Both the position numbers and the translations under genes were made by a program. The notes beneath the pieces were generated by a model, which worked only from the letters and a program-made list of their open reading frames with translations, was not told where the DNA came from and did not search any database. From an uncultured Bordetella sp. (GTDB taxonomy: Bacteria; Pseudomonadota; Gammaproteobacteria; Burkholderiales; SG8-39), in assembly GCA_964564865.1 (NCBI GenBank), contig CAZMDA010000001.1, positions 35,939 through 99,938 of the forward strand: 64,000 bases of DNA, written 5' to 3'. This document shows, piece by piece, positions 20,642 through 32,208 of the stretch; position 1 is the stretch's first letter, and every line of letters starts with the position of its first letter.

Positions 20642-21556
20642 ATGTCCGCCGGCTATCCACGCGACCTCGCCGGATACGGCGCGCAGCCGCCGCACGCGAA
20701 GTGGCCCGGCGGCGCGCGCATCGCGCTGCAGTTCGTCCTCAACTACGAGGAGGGCGGCGAGAACTCGGTCCTGCACGGCGACCCGGCCAGCGAGGCGTTC
20801 CTGTCGGAGATCGTGGCCGCGCAGCCGATCGTGGGCCAGCGCCACATGTCCATGGAGTCCATCTACGAGTATGGCTCCCGCGCCGGCGTCTGGCGCCTGC
20901 TGCGCCTGTTCCGCAAGTTTGACGTTCCGCTCACGGTGTTCGGCGTGGCGATGGCGATGGAGCGCAACCCGGCGGTGGTGGACGCCTTCCTCGAGGCCCG
21001 GCACGAGATCGCGAGCCATGGCTGGCGCTGGATCGACTACCAGCACGTGCCGCCCGAGGTGGAGCGCGAGCACATGCAGCGCGCGATCGAGATCCAGCGG
21101 CGCCTCACCGGCGAGCGGCCGCTGGGCTGGTACACCGGACGCACCAGCCCGAATACGCGGCGGCTGGTGCTCGAGGAGGGCGGCTTCCTCTATGACGCCG
21201 ACGACTACTCCGACGACCTGCCGTTCTACGACGCCAGCCACGGCCGGCCGCATCTGGTGGTGCCCTACACGCTGGACGCCAACGACATGCGCTTCGCCTC
21301 GCCGCAGGGCTTCAATTCCGGCGAGCAGTTCTTCCGCTACCTGAAGGATGCCTTCGACACGCTGTACGAGGAGGGCCGAAGCGCGCCGAAGATGATGTCG
21401 ATCGGGCTGCACTGCCGACTGGTCGGGCGCCCGGGCAGGATCGCGTCGCTGGACCGGTTCCTGAAGTACGCCACCGCCAAGCCGAGGGTGTGGTGCGCGC
21501 GCCGCATCGATATCGCGCGGCACTGGCTCAAGCACCACCCGTTCCGCGCGTCCTAG
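20642..21556 (+). CDS. puuE: allantoinase PuuE (polysaccharide-deacetylase fold)
   Basis: 304 aa. YPRDLAGYG, ALQFVLNYEEGGE and HGWRWIDY are characteristic of PuuE. Confidence 0.85.
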   Translation: MSAGYPRDLAGYGAQPPHAKWPGGARIALQFVLNYEEGGENSVLHGDPASEAFLSEIVAAQPIVGQRHMSMESIYEYGSRAGVWRLLRLFRKFDVPLTVFGVAMAMERNPAVVDAFLEARHEIASHGWRWIDYQHVPPEVEREHMQRAIEIQRRLTGERPLGWYTGRTSPNTRRLVLEEGGFLYDADDYSDDLPFYDASHGRPHLVVPYTLDANDMRFASPQGFNSGEQFFRYLKDAFDTLYEEGRSAPKMMSIGLHCRLVGRPGRIASLDRFLKYATAKPRVWCARRIDIARHWLKHHPFRAS

Positions 21557-22686
21557 CGCCGGCGTCCGGCGCGCAGCACCTGTCCCAGCGCGGCGAGCGT
21601 CCGCCGTACCGCAGCGGGGCGCGCATTGGCGCCCATCGCGCCGATGCGCCAGATCTTCCCGTGCAGCGGGCCGAACGAGGTGCCGATCTCGATGTTGTGG
21701 CGCTCGAGCATCCGGCGGCGCACCCGCTCTCCGTCCACGCCCTTCGGAATCCAGACTCCGGTGACGTTGGGCATCTTGTGCGCCAGGTCGCCGTAGGGCT
21801 CGAGGTCCAGCGCGCGCAGGCCCGCGAGCACCTGCCGCGAGGCCTCGGCATGGCGCGCATGGGCATGGCGCAGGCCTTCGGCAACCAGCAGCCGCCCGCA
21901 CTCCCTGGCCGCATACAGCATGGTGGTTGACTCGGTGTGGTGGTTGAGCGCCTGCTCCGACCAGTAGTCCATGATCATGGCGAGGTCGAAGTAGTTGGAC
22001 TGGATGCGCTTGCCGGTGCCGGGGCGGTAGCCCGCCTTCTGCAGACCTCGCTCGACGTGCCGGCGCCGGTAGATCGCCTTCGCCGCCCGCTCGCTGATGG
22101 TCATCGGCGCGATGCCCGAGGGCCCGCCCAGGCATTTCTGCAGGCCGGCGCTCACCACATCCAGGCCCCAGCGGTCCACCGGCAGCGGCATGCCGCCCAG
22201 CGTCGCGGTGGCATCCACGTAGCTGAAGGCGCCGTGGCGCGCGCAGATGCGGCCGATTTCCCCCAGCGGCTGCGCCATGGTGGTGGAGGTGTCGCCCTGG
22301 CACAGCGCCACCAGCTTGGGACGGTGCTTGCGGACCGCGCGCTCGATCGCCTCGGGCTCGAACACCGTGCCCCAAGGCGTCTCGAGGGTGCGGACGTCGG
22401 CGCCGCAGCGGCTCGCGATCTCGGCCAGCAGGTGGCCGAAGCGGCCGAACACCGGCACCAGGACGCGGTCGCCCGGCTCCACCAGCGAGACCAGCGCGGC
22501 CTCGATCCCCGCGCGCGCGGTGCCGTCCACCATCAGCGTCTGGCGGTTGCGGGTCCGGAACACCCGGCGGTAGAGCGCCGAGGTCTCGGCCATGTAGCGG
22601 CGGAACTGGGGATCGAACTGGCCCAGCAACTGCGTCGACATCGCCCGCAGCACCTGCGGGTAGGCGTTGATGGGCCCGGGGCCCAT
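21553..22686 (-). CDS. class V aminotransferase (serine-pyruvate / ureidoglycine-glyoxylate type, PucG-like)
   Basis: LLMGPGPIN N-terminal motif and PLP lysine in SAGLQKCLGGPSG. The first canonical start (ATG 22686) falls right at the conserved GPGP. The true start may be non-canonical further upstream (CTG near 22725). Confidence 0.75.
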   Translation of the reverse strand: MGPGPINAYPQVLRAMSTQLLGQFDPQFRRYMAETSALYRRVFRTRNRQTLMVDGTARAGIEAALVSLVEPGDRVLVPVFGRFGHLLAEIASRCGADVRTLETPWGTVFEPEAIERAVRKHRPKLVALCQGDTSTTMAQPLGEIGRICARHGAFSYVDATATLGGMPLPVDRWGLDVVSAGLQKCLGGPSGIAPMTISERAAKAIYRRRHVERGLQKAGYRPGTGKRIQSNYFDLAMIMDYWSEQALNHHTESTTMLYAARECGRLLVAEGLRHAHARHAEASRQVLAGLRALDLEPYGDLAHKMPNVTGVWIPKGVDGERVRRRMLERHNIEIGTSFGPLHGKIWRIGAMGANARPAAVRRTLAALGQVLRAGRRR

Positions 22687-22745
22687 CAGGAGGCGGGGAG
22701 TCGGCTTAAGCGATGGAAACTGCAGGCTGGACCCGCAGGGCCGCG

Positions 22746-24005
22746 CTACTTCGCGGCGGCCCTCACCACGCCCAGCCGCCGGCCGCGGGCCGGCTGCTTG
22801 AGGCGCGGCGGGTTCACCAGGTCGCGCACGAAGTTGGGCAGGGCGAACACGCCCTCGTGGGTCTCGCCGTTGTAGAACTTCAGGTCCTGGAGCTTCCTCT
22901 GCTCGATGCGCCGGTCGATCTCGTCGGCGGTGAAGGCCTTGGGATCGAGCTTGTCGGAGCACACCGCCATGGTCCACTGCGCGCCGTAGAGCGGGATGTA
23001 CATGGTGTACGGCCGCACGATGCGGAACACGCCGTTCAGGCGCTGCGCCAGCTCGGCGACGCGCTCCGGGCGCGCCACCGGGGCGCCGATGTGCAGCACC
23101 AGCGCCCCGCCGGGGGCGAGGACGTGGCGGCACTGCTGGAAGAACTCGGTCGAGTACAGCGCCTCGGCCGGCCCCATCGGGTCGTTCAGGTCGAGCACCA
23201 CCAGGTCGAAGCGCTCCGCGGTCTCGCGGATGAACTTCATGCCGTCGCCGACCAGCACGCGCAGGCGCGGGTCGTCGAACGCGCCGCGGTGCACGGCGTG
23301 GAAGTGCTCCTTGGCGACCTTGATCACGTCCTCGTCGATCTCGCACATGGTCACCTGCTCGACCGAGGGGTGCTTGAGCGCCTCTTCCGACGACCCGCCG
23401 TCGCCGCCGCCCACGATCAGCACCTTGCGCGGCGCGTTGTGCGCGGCCAGCGCCGGGTGGATCAGGTTCTCGTGGTAGACGAACTCCTCGCGCTCGGAGG
23501 TCATGTTGTAGCCGTCGAGGCGGAAGATGCGCCCGTAGTGCGGCGTGTCGTAGACCTCGAGCTTCTGGTAGCGGGTCTGCCACTCGCCCAGCTTCCTGGT
23601 CGCCTTGATGTAGAAGCCGGTGGACTCGTTCAGCGGCTCCATGATCAGGTGCTCGCCGCGGTCGACCTCGTGGCGCGCGACCTCGCCCGGCTCGAAGTGG
23701 GCGATGATGGCCTCGAACAGCTGCCGCGCCTTGCCGGAATTGTCGGCGCTGTAGTTGCAGACGTATACGTCCAGCGTCAGGCCCTTGTTCTCGGGCCAGG
23801 TGTGGATCGCCAGGTGCGATTCGGCGAGCACCACCGCGCCGGTGAAGCCGGAGCCATCGAACTGGTGGAAACGGGAGTCCATCACGGTCAGGCCGGAGGC
23901 GCGCACCATGTCGAGGCACAGCGCCTCGAAGCGCTTGCCGTCGAGCAGCCGCTGCGGGTCGCAACGACACCCGCTCAGGTCACCGATGAGATGCAGACCG
24001 TTCAT
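22746..24005 (-). CDS. fusion of S-adenosylmethionine decarboxylase proenzyme (SpeD, class 1b) and spermidine synthase (SpeE)
   Basis: 419 aa. The N-terminal ~115 aa carry the pyruvoyl self-cleavage motif VLAESHLAIHTWPE. The remainder has SpeE blocks (YHENLIHPAL, VLIVGGGDGG, CEIDEDVI, VLDLNDP). Confidence 0.85.
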   Translation of the reverse strand: MNGLHLIGDLSGCRCDPQRLLDGKRFEALCLDMVRASGLTVMDSRFHQFDGSGFTGAVVLAESHLAIHTWPENKGLTLDVYVCNYSADNSGKARQLFEAIIAHFEPGEVARHEVDRGEHLIMEPLNESTGFYIKATRKLGEWQTRYQKLEVYDTPHYGRIFRLDGYNMTSEREEFVYHENLIHPALAAHNAPRKVLIVGGGDGGSSEEALKHPSVEQVTMCEIDEDVIKVAKEHFHAVHRGAFDDPRLRVLVGDGMKFIRETAERFDLVVLDLNDPMGPAEALYSTEFFQQCRHVLAPGGALVLHIGAPVARPERVAELAQRLNGVFRIVRPYTMYIPLYGAQWTMAVCSDKLDPKAFTADEIDRRIEQRKLQDLKFYNGETHEGVFALPNFVRDLVNPPRLKQPARGRRLGVVRAAAK

Positions 24006-24134
24006 GTCCGTGCCCCCCGAGAAATGCGAAGGCGCAACCCTGCACCAAATACTCCGGGCTGCGCCTCAGCGTCACCGCCTCGCGGCGGAAAACAGTGCTT
24101 GTTGCCGTCGTTCAATTCGTTCAAAGCCCCCGTT

Positions 24135-25058
24135 TCACGCGAGTCCGACTCGCATCTCTTCGGTCACGGAATCGATCAACCGCCGAGCGATCGAGATTCT
24201 GCTCGGAAGTTTCGGTAAATGCAAGACTTTGAACCAGTTTGCGGCCTCGATTTCCCCCTCCTGCGGCCGGATCTCGCCGCCCGCCCAGTCGCAGACGAAG
24301 GCGATCATGAGCGAGTTCGGGAACGGCCAGGGCTGGCTGGCGAAGTAGCGGATGCCGGAGACCCGGACGCCGACCTCCTCCTCGACCTCCCGCGCCACGC
24401 ACTGCTCCAGGGTTTCGCCCGCCTCGACGAAGCCGGCCAGGGCGCTGTACATCCCGGGCGGGAAGTGCGGGCTGCGGGCGAGCAGCACCTCGTCGTCGCG
24501 GCGGATCAGCGCCATCACCGCGGGCGCGATCTTCGGGTACGCGGTGAGCCGGCACGCCGGGCAGATGCGCGAGCGCTCCTCGGTCCGCGCCTCGGTGGCG
24601 GTGCCGCAACGGCCGCAGAAGCGGTGGTTGCGGTCCCAGTCCACCAGCTGGACCGCGCGGCCGGCGAGCGCAAAATGCGCGTCCTCCAGCACCGAGAACA
24701 GCGCGCGCAGGCTCTCGAAGCCCATGCCGGGCGGGGGCGCGGGCGCCTCCGCGGGGGCCTCCGCGGCCCAGCAGTCCACGCCGGTCAGGCGCCCTAGATA
24801 TAGCGTCCGCGCCGGCTCGAACCACAACCAGTTGTTGCGTTTCAGCAACGCGCTGCCCCTGGGCACTTTCGCCCAGGAGGCGCGCGACGGCACGCGCGGG
24901 TCGTCCGAGGGACGGGGATTGGGTGGCCCCAGTTCCACCAGCAGGCGGTCGCCACGGAACACGAACCAGTGGGCCTCGCCGCCCTCGTCCGAGGGCGCGC
25001 CGGGGGCGGTGACGCCGGCTTCGAAGCCGGCCGGGCTGGTGAACGGCATTTCAGTCAT
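24135..25058 (-). CDS. nudC: NADH pyrophosphatase (Nudix, zinc ribbon)
   Basis: ATG at 25058. CGRCG...CPAC zinc ribbon, Nudix box [23 protein letters not shown], and SQPWPFPNS NudC signature. Confidence 0.85.
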   Translation of the reverse strand: MTEMPFTSPAGFEAGVTAPGAPSDEGGEAHWFVFRGDRLLVELGPPNPRPSDDPRVPSRASWAKVPRGSALLKRNNWLWFEPARTLYLGRLTGVDCWAAEAPAEAPAPPPGMGFESLRALFSVLEDAHFALAGRAVQLVDWDRNHRFCGRCGTATEARTEERSRICPACRLTAYPKIAPAVMALIRRDDEVLLARSPHFPPGMYSALAGFVEAGETLEQCVAREVEEEVGVRVSGIRYFASQPWPFPNSLMIAFVCDWAGGEIRPQEGEIEAANWFKVLHLPKLPSRISIARRLIDSVTEEMRVGLA

Positions 25059-25064
25059 GGACGG

Positions 25065-25070
25065 ATTATA
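25065..25070 (-). promoter_or_regulatory. -10 box TATAAT located 6 nt upstream of the nudC ATG
   Basis: Minus strand reads CCTATAATCCGTCCATGACTGAA. No Shine-Dalgarno is present. Confidence 0.45.
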
Positions 25071-25085
25071 GGAAGGGTGCTTGGC

Positions 25086-25091
25086 TATAAT
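25086..25091 (+). promoter_or_regulatory. -10 box TATAAT upstream of tkt
   Basis: GGCTATAATTCGCGCC lies 46 nt upstream of ATG 25137. Confidence 0.45.
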
Positions 25092-25136
25092 TCGCGCCTC
25101 CGTTCCCTTGTCGCTTTTTCCTCTCAGCCGAGCGCG

Positions 25137-27157
<2,021 letters not shown>

Positions 27158-27161
<4 letters not shown>

Positions 27162-28171
27162 CGATCAAGGTAGCCATCAACGGCTTCGGCCGCATCGGTC
27201 GCAACATCCTGCGCGCCCATTTCGAAAGCGCGCAGCAGCACGACCTCCGGTTCGTCGCCGTGAACGACCTGGGCGACGCGAAGACCAACGCCCACCTGCT
27301 GAAGTACGACACCGCGCATGGCCGCTTCAAGGGCACGGTGGAGGTGAGCGGCAACGTCATGAAGGTCAACGGCCAGGACATCCAGGTGGTGGCCGAGCGC
27401 GATCCGTCGAAGCTGCCCTGGAAGGCGCTCGGCGTGGACATCGTGCTGGAGTGCACCGGCCTGTTCACCAGCAAGGCGAAGGCGGGCGCGCACCTTGCCG
27501 CCGGCGCGCGCAAGGTGATCATCTCCGCCCCCGGCGACAAGGACGTGGACCGCACCGTGGTATACGGCGTCAACCACGGCGAGCTGAAGGGCTCGGACAC
27601 CGTGATCTCGAATGCCTCCTGCACCACCAATTGCCTGGCGCCGCTGGTGAAGGCGCTGGATGACCGCATCGGCGTGGTCTCGGGCCTGATGACCACGGTG
27701 CACGCCTACACCAACGACCAGGTGCTCACCGACGTGTACCACTCGGACCTGCGGCGCGCGCGCTCGGCCTCGCAGAACATGATTCCGACCAAGACCGGCG
27801 CCGCCGCCGCGGTCGGCCTCGTGCTGCCGCACCTGAACGGCAAGCTGGACGGCTACGCCATCCGCGTGCCCACCATCAACGTCTCCGTGGTGGACCTGTC
27901 GTTCGTGGCAAAGAAGGCGACCACGGCGGAGGAGGTGAACGCGGCGCTGCGGCAGGCCGCCGAGGGCGACCTGAAGGGAATCCTGGAGTACGCCACCGAG
28001 CCGCTGGTGTCTTCCGACTTCAACCACAACCCGGCCAGCTCGATCATCGATTCGCTGCTCACCAAGGTCTCCGGCGACACGCTGGTGAAGGTCGCCAGCT
28101 GGTACGACAACGAGTGGGGCTTCTCCAACCGGATGCTGGACGTCGCCGTCGCGCTCAACAACGCGAAGTAG
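27158..28171 (+). CDS. gap: glyceraldehyde-3-phosphate dehydrogenase
   Basis: 337 aa. INGFGRIGR and [12 protein letters not shown] active site. ATGA overlap with tkt. Confidence 0.92.
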
Positions 28172-28173
28172 CC

Positions 28174-29340
28174 ATGAAGTTCAAGAGGCTGGCCGACCTC
28201 GAGCTCCGGGGGCAGCGGGTCTTCATCCGCGCCGACCTCAACGTGCCGCAGGACGCCTCCGGCGCCATCACCGACGACACCCGCATCCGCGCCTCGGTGC
28301 CGGGCATCCGGATGGCGCTGGACCAGGGCGCCGCGGTGATGGTCACCTCGCACCTCGGGCGCCCGAAGGAGGGCGTGTTCGATGCGCGCGATTCCCTGGC
28401 GCCGGTGGCGCGGCGCCTTGGGGAACTCCTCGGGCGCGGGGTCCGGCTGCTGCCGGACTGGGTGGGCGGCGTCGCGGTGCAGCCGGGCGAGGTGGTCCTG
28501 CTCGAGAATTGCCGCTTCAACGCCGGCGAGAAGGCCGACGACGAGGCGCTGTCGAGGAAGATCGCGGCGCTGTGCGACGTCTACGTCAACGATGCCTTCG
28601 GCACCGCGCACCGCGCCGAGGCCACCACGCACGGCGTCGCGCGCTTCGCCAAGGTCGCCTGCGCGGGGCCCCTGATGGCGGCGGAACTGGACGCGCTGTC
28701 GCGCGCGCTGTCCGACCCGAAGCGCCCCCTGGTGGCCATCGTCGCCGGCTCCAAGGTGTCCACCAAGCTCACCATCCTCGCCGCGCTGGCGAAGAAGGTG
28801 GACCGCCTGATCGTCGGCGGCGGCATCCTGAACACCTTCCTGCAGGCGAAGGGCTATGCGGTCGGCAAGTCGCTCGCCGAGGCCGGGCTGGTCGAGGAGG
28901 CGAGGAAGATCATGGCGGCGACCGACGTGCCGCTGCCGGAGGACGTCGTGGTCGCCGGCGAGATGTCGGCGCGCGCGCGCGAGTCGGTCACCGACGTGCG
29001 CGGCGTCGCGGCGGACGACATGATCCTGGACATCGGGCCCAGGAGTGCCGCGGCGCTGGCGAAGATCCTCGCCGAGGCGGGCACCATCGTCTGGAACGGC
29101 CCGGTCGGGGTGTTCGAGATCGACCAGTTCGCCAGGGGGACCGAAGTGGTGGCAAGGGCGATTGCGGATTCGAAGGCGTTCTCGATCGCCGGCGGCGGCG
29201 ACACCATCGCGGCGATCAACAAGTTCGGCGTCGCGCCGAAGATCGACTACATCTCCACCGCGGGCGGGGCGTTCCTGGAGTTCCTCGAGGGCAAGACGCT
29301 GCCGGCGGTGGCGGCGCTGGAGGCGCGCGCGGCGTCCTAG
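28174..29340 (+). CDS. pgk: phosphoglycerate kinase
   Basis: ATG at 28174. [22 protein letters not shown]. Confidence 0.92.
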   Translation: MKFKRLADLELRGQRVFIRADLNVPQDASGAITDDTRIRASVPGIRMALDQGAAVMVTSHLGRPKEGVFDARDSLAPVARRLGELLGRGVRLLPDWVGGVAVQPGEVVLLENCRFNAGEKADDEALSRKIAALCDVYVNDAFGTAHRAEATTHGVARFAKVACAGPLMAAELDALSRALSDPKRPLVAIVAGSKVSTKLTILAALAKKVDRLIVGGGILNTFLQAKGYAVGKSLAEAGLVEEARKIMAATDVPLPEDVVVAGEMSARARESVTDVRGVAADDMILDIGPRSAAALAKILAEAGTIVWNGPVGVFEIDQFARGTEVVARAIADSKAFSIAGGGDTIAAINKFGVAPKIDYISTAGGAFLEFLEGKTLPAVAALEARAAS

Positions 29341-29867
29341 GGCCGCCCGAGCATCCGGCGCAGCGTGGCGTCGCGCAGGACGAAGTGGTGCCACAACGCC
29401 GCGGCCGCGTGCGCCGCGGCGAGCAGGAGCAGCGCGTTGCTCAGCACCTCGTGCACTTCCTTGACCGCCTTGCGGTAAGGCGCCAGGTTCGAGAACACGT
29501 CGGGCAGGACGACTCCCAGGAAGGCGACAGGCTCGCCCTTGGCCTGCAGCGCGGCGAGGCCGGACAGGGGAACCAGCAGCATCAACGCGTACAGCGCGCC
29601 CTTGGTCAGGGTCGCGATGCGCCTGGTCCACTGGCTCGCGTCCAGTTCCGCCACCGGATGCAGCCACCGCCAGGGCAGGCGCGGCACCAGCAGGACCAGC
29701 GCCAGCAGGCCGGTGTCGTAATGCAGCAGCTTGAGCACCCGCCGGCCCTCGCTGCCTTTCGGGAACAGGTCCTCCATCTCCATCAGGGCCCAGGCAAGGA
29801 CGATCAGGATCGCGGCGCTCCAATGCAGGGCGCGGGAGAGGCGGTCATAGGATTCGCCGGGGCGCAT
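29337..29867 (-). CDS. cytochrome b561 family protein
   Basis: 176 aa, four TM helices. His-containing motifs ([35 protein letters not shown]) typical of CybB-like proteins. Confidence 0.75.
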   Translation of the reverse strand: MRPGESYDRLSRALHWSAAILIVLAWALMEMEDLFPKGSEGRRVLKLLHYDTGLLALVLLVPRLPWRWLHPVAELDASQWTRRIATLTKGALYALMLLVPLSGLAALQAKGEPVAFLGVVLPDVFSNLAPYRKAVKEVHEVLSNALLLLAAAHAAAALWHHFVLRDATLRRMLGRP

Positions 29868-29924
29868 ATCCCAGACTAGTCCGCCAGGCCGGCGCCGGCC
29901 TGACGCAGATCAAGCCGGCGCGGT

Positions 29925-30284
29925 TCAGGCGTCGCGCGATTTCAGGGCTTGCGGCAGCCCGGCGATCTCCTCCGGGATCGCCATCGCGGCGCGGTCGGCC
30001 CGGGCCAGCGACGCCAGCGTGCGCGCCACCACGCCCTCCTGCGGCATGGTGACGCCGTAGAAGAGGGGCGTGGCGCCCTTGAACACCGCCAGCGTGGGGA
30101 AGGTCTCGATCTCGATGTCGCCCACCAGCGCGCTGTCGTCCTCGACGTCCAGCCAGACGAACGTCGCGTCCGCGTTGTCCCGGGCCAGCTTGTCGAAGGT
30201 GTCGCGGAACTCGCCGCAGGTCTTGCACCAGGCGGCGCAGAGGCAGGCCACCAGCAGGCCGTCCGGGTTGCGCTGATCCGACAT
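29925..30284 (-). CDS. thioredoxin-fold protein
   Basis: ATG at 30284 (MSDQRNPDGLLVACLCAAWCKTCGEF). WCxxC redox motif and cis-Pro region ETFPTLAVF. Confidence 0.7.
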   Translation of the reverse strand: MSDQRNPDGLLVACLCAAWCKTCGEFRDTFDKLARDNADATFVWLDVEDDSALVGDIEIETFPTLAVFKGATPLFYGVTMPQEGVVARTLASLARADRAAMAIPEEIAGLPQALKSRDA

Positions 30285-30290
30285 AACGCG

Positions 30291-30300
30291 ATGATACACT
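30291..30300. promoter_or_regulatory. overlapping divergent -10-like hexamers (minus TATCAT 30296-30291, plus TACACT 30295-30300)
   Basis: Only 23 bp separate the thioredoxin-like ATG (30284) from the pyk ATG (30308). The hexamers lie 6 nt and 7 nt upstream of the respective ATGs. Confidence 0.35.
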
Positions 30301-30307
30301 TTGGAAA

Positions 30308-31747
30308 ATGCTCCGCAGCACCAAGATCGTCGCCACCCTCGGGCCCGCCTCCTCCGACCCTGCCGTGCTCGAGCGAATGGTGCGCGCCGGCGTCGACGTG
30401 GTGCGCCTGAACTTCTCCCACGGCACCGCGGAGGACCATCTCGCGCGCGCCACGCTGGTGAAGGAGATCTCGCGCAAGACCGGCCGCACCGTGGGCATCA
30501 TGTGCGACCTGCAGGGACCGAAGATCCGCGTCGGCAAGTTCCGCGAGGGCAAGGTGACGCTGCAGAAGGGCCAGGCGTTCATCCTGGACGCCGGCTGCGA
30601 GCTGGGCGACGAGCAGCGCGCCGGGCTGGACTACAAGGAGCTGCCGCGCGACGTCGCCGAGGGCGCGGTGCTGCTGCTGGATGACGGCAAGATCGTGCTC
30701 GACGTGATCCAGGTGCGCGGCGAGGAGGTCCACACCGTGGTGCGCCACGGCGGGGTGCTGTCGAACAACAAGGGCATCAACCGCCAGGGCGGCGGCCTCA
30801 CCGCGCCGGCGCTCACGCCCAAGGACATCGAGGACATCCGCACCGCCTCGCGGCTGAACGCGGACTACCTGGCGGTGTCCTTCCCCAAGTCCGGCGCCGA
30901 CATGTACATGGCCCGGGAGCTGATGCGCGCCTCCGGCGGCAAGGCCTTCCTGATCGCCAAGATCGAGCGCGCCGAGGCGGTGATCGAGCCCGCGCTGAAG
31001 GAGATCATGAACGCCTGCGACGGCATCATGGTGGCGCGCGGCGACCTCGCGGTCGAGGTGGGCGACGCCTCGGTGCCGGCGCTGCAGAAGAAGATGATCC
31101 GCATGGCGCGCGAGCTGAACAAGCTCACCATCACCGCCACGCAGATGATGGAGTCCATGATCGCCAGCCCGGTGCCGACGCGCGCGGAGGTCTCGGACGT
31201 GGCCAACGCGGTGCTGGACGGCACCGACGCGGTGATGCTGTCGGCGGAATCGGCCAGCGGGCGCTACCCGGTGGAGGCGATCGAGGCCATGGACCGCATC
31301 TGCGTCGAGGCGGAGCAGACGCAGGCGGTCAGCCTGGAGCAGGAGTTCCTCAACCGCGTGTTCACGCGGGTGGACCAGTCGATCGCCATGGCGGGCCTGT
31401 TCACCGCCTTCCACCTCAAGGTGAAGGCGATCGCCACGCTCACCGAGTCGGGCTCGACCGCGCTGTGGATGAGCCGCCTCAACTGCGGCGTGCCGATCTA
31501 CGCGCTCACCTCGCAGACCGCGACGCGCTACCGCTGTTCGCTGTTCCGCGACGTCTATCCGCTGATGGTGAAGTACGTCGGCCACGACCGCGAGGAGCTG
31601 CTCGCCGAGGCCGAGAAGGTGCTGGTGGACAACGGCGTGGTGAAGGACGGCGACCTGATCGTGCTGACCATCGGCGAGCCGATCGGCAAGGCCGGCGGCA
31701 CCAACACCATGAAGATCGTCAAAGTCGGGGAGCATCGGAGAAAATGA
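30308..31747 (+). CDS. pyk: pyruvate kinase
   Basis: 479 aa. MLRSTKIVATLGPAS, RLNFSHG, MVARGDLAVE. Confidence 0.92.
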   Translation: MLRSTKIVATLGPASSDPAVLERMVRAGVDVVRLNFSHGTAEDHLARATLVKEISRKTGRTVGIMCDLQGPKIRVGKFREGKVTLQKGQAFILDAGCELGDEQRAGLDYKELPRDVAEGAVLLLDDGKIVLDVIQVRGEEVHTVVRHGGVLSNNKGINRQGGGLTAPALTPKDIEDIRTASRLNADYLAVSFPKSGADMYMARELMRASGGKAFLIAKIERAEAVIEPALKEIMNACDGIMVARGDLAVEVGDASVPALQKKMIRMARELNKLTITATQMMESMIASPVPTRAEVSDVANAVLDGTDAVMLSAESASGRYPVEAIEAMDRICVEAEQTQAVSLEQEFLNRVFTRVDQSIAMAGLFTAFHLKVKAIATLTESGSTALWMSRLNCGVPIYALTSQTATRYRCSLFRDVYPLMVKYVGHDREELLAEAEKVLVDNGVVKDGDLIVLTIGEPIGKAGGTNTMKIVKVGEHRRK

Positions 31748-32190
31748 CCGCCGTCACGCCCAGAGCCGCCAACCACGCCGCGCTGCCGCCCATGGCCTCG
31801 CGCTTCGTCGATGTCGCCAGCCTGCCCTGGGAGCCGACGCGCTTCCCCGGCGTGGACACCAAGATGCTGATGATGGAGCCCGCCAGCGGCGTGATGACGG
31901 TGCTGATGCGCATGGCCCCGGGCGCGAAGCTGCCGGACCACGAGCACGCGCTGATCGAGCAGACCTACGTGCTGGAGGGCAGCCTCGTCTGCGGCGAGGG
32001 CGAGTGCAAGGCGGGCGAGTTCGTCTGGCGCCCCGCCGGCAGCCGCCACGAGGCCTGGGGCGGCCCGCAGGGCGGGCTGATGCTGGCAATCTTCCAGGTG
32101 CCGAACAAGTTCTTCGAGGCCGACGGCCGCGAGACCGACCTCCTCGGCCAGGACTGGAACGCCGCCTGGGCGAAGGCGCTGTTCCGCTGA
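31744..32190 (+). CDS. cupin-domain protein (ChrR-like cupin)
   Basis: ATG at 31744, ATGA overlap with the pyk stop. LPW...FPGV..KML, PGAKLPDHEHALIEQTYVLEG, WRPAGSRHEAW. Confidence 0.65.
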   Translation: MTAVTPRAANHAALPPMASRFVDVASLPWEPTRFPGVDTKMLMMEPASGVMTVLMRMAPGAKLPDHEHALIEQTYVLEGSLVCGEGECKAGEFVWRPAGSRHEAWGGPQGGLMLAIFQVPNKFFEADGRETDLLGQDWNAAWAKALFR

Positions 32191-32208
32191 GCGCCGGCCC
32201 CGCCCCGG

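Noticed and set aside
24006-24134. Possible riboswitch or leader structure upstream of the SpeD-SpeE fusion
   Set aside because: Only short hairpins are present (CCGCC-GCGA-GGCGG, GGCGCA...TGCGCC). There is no resemblance to SAM or other riboswitch cores that I can recognise by eye.
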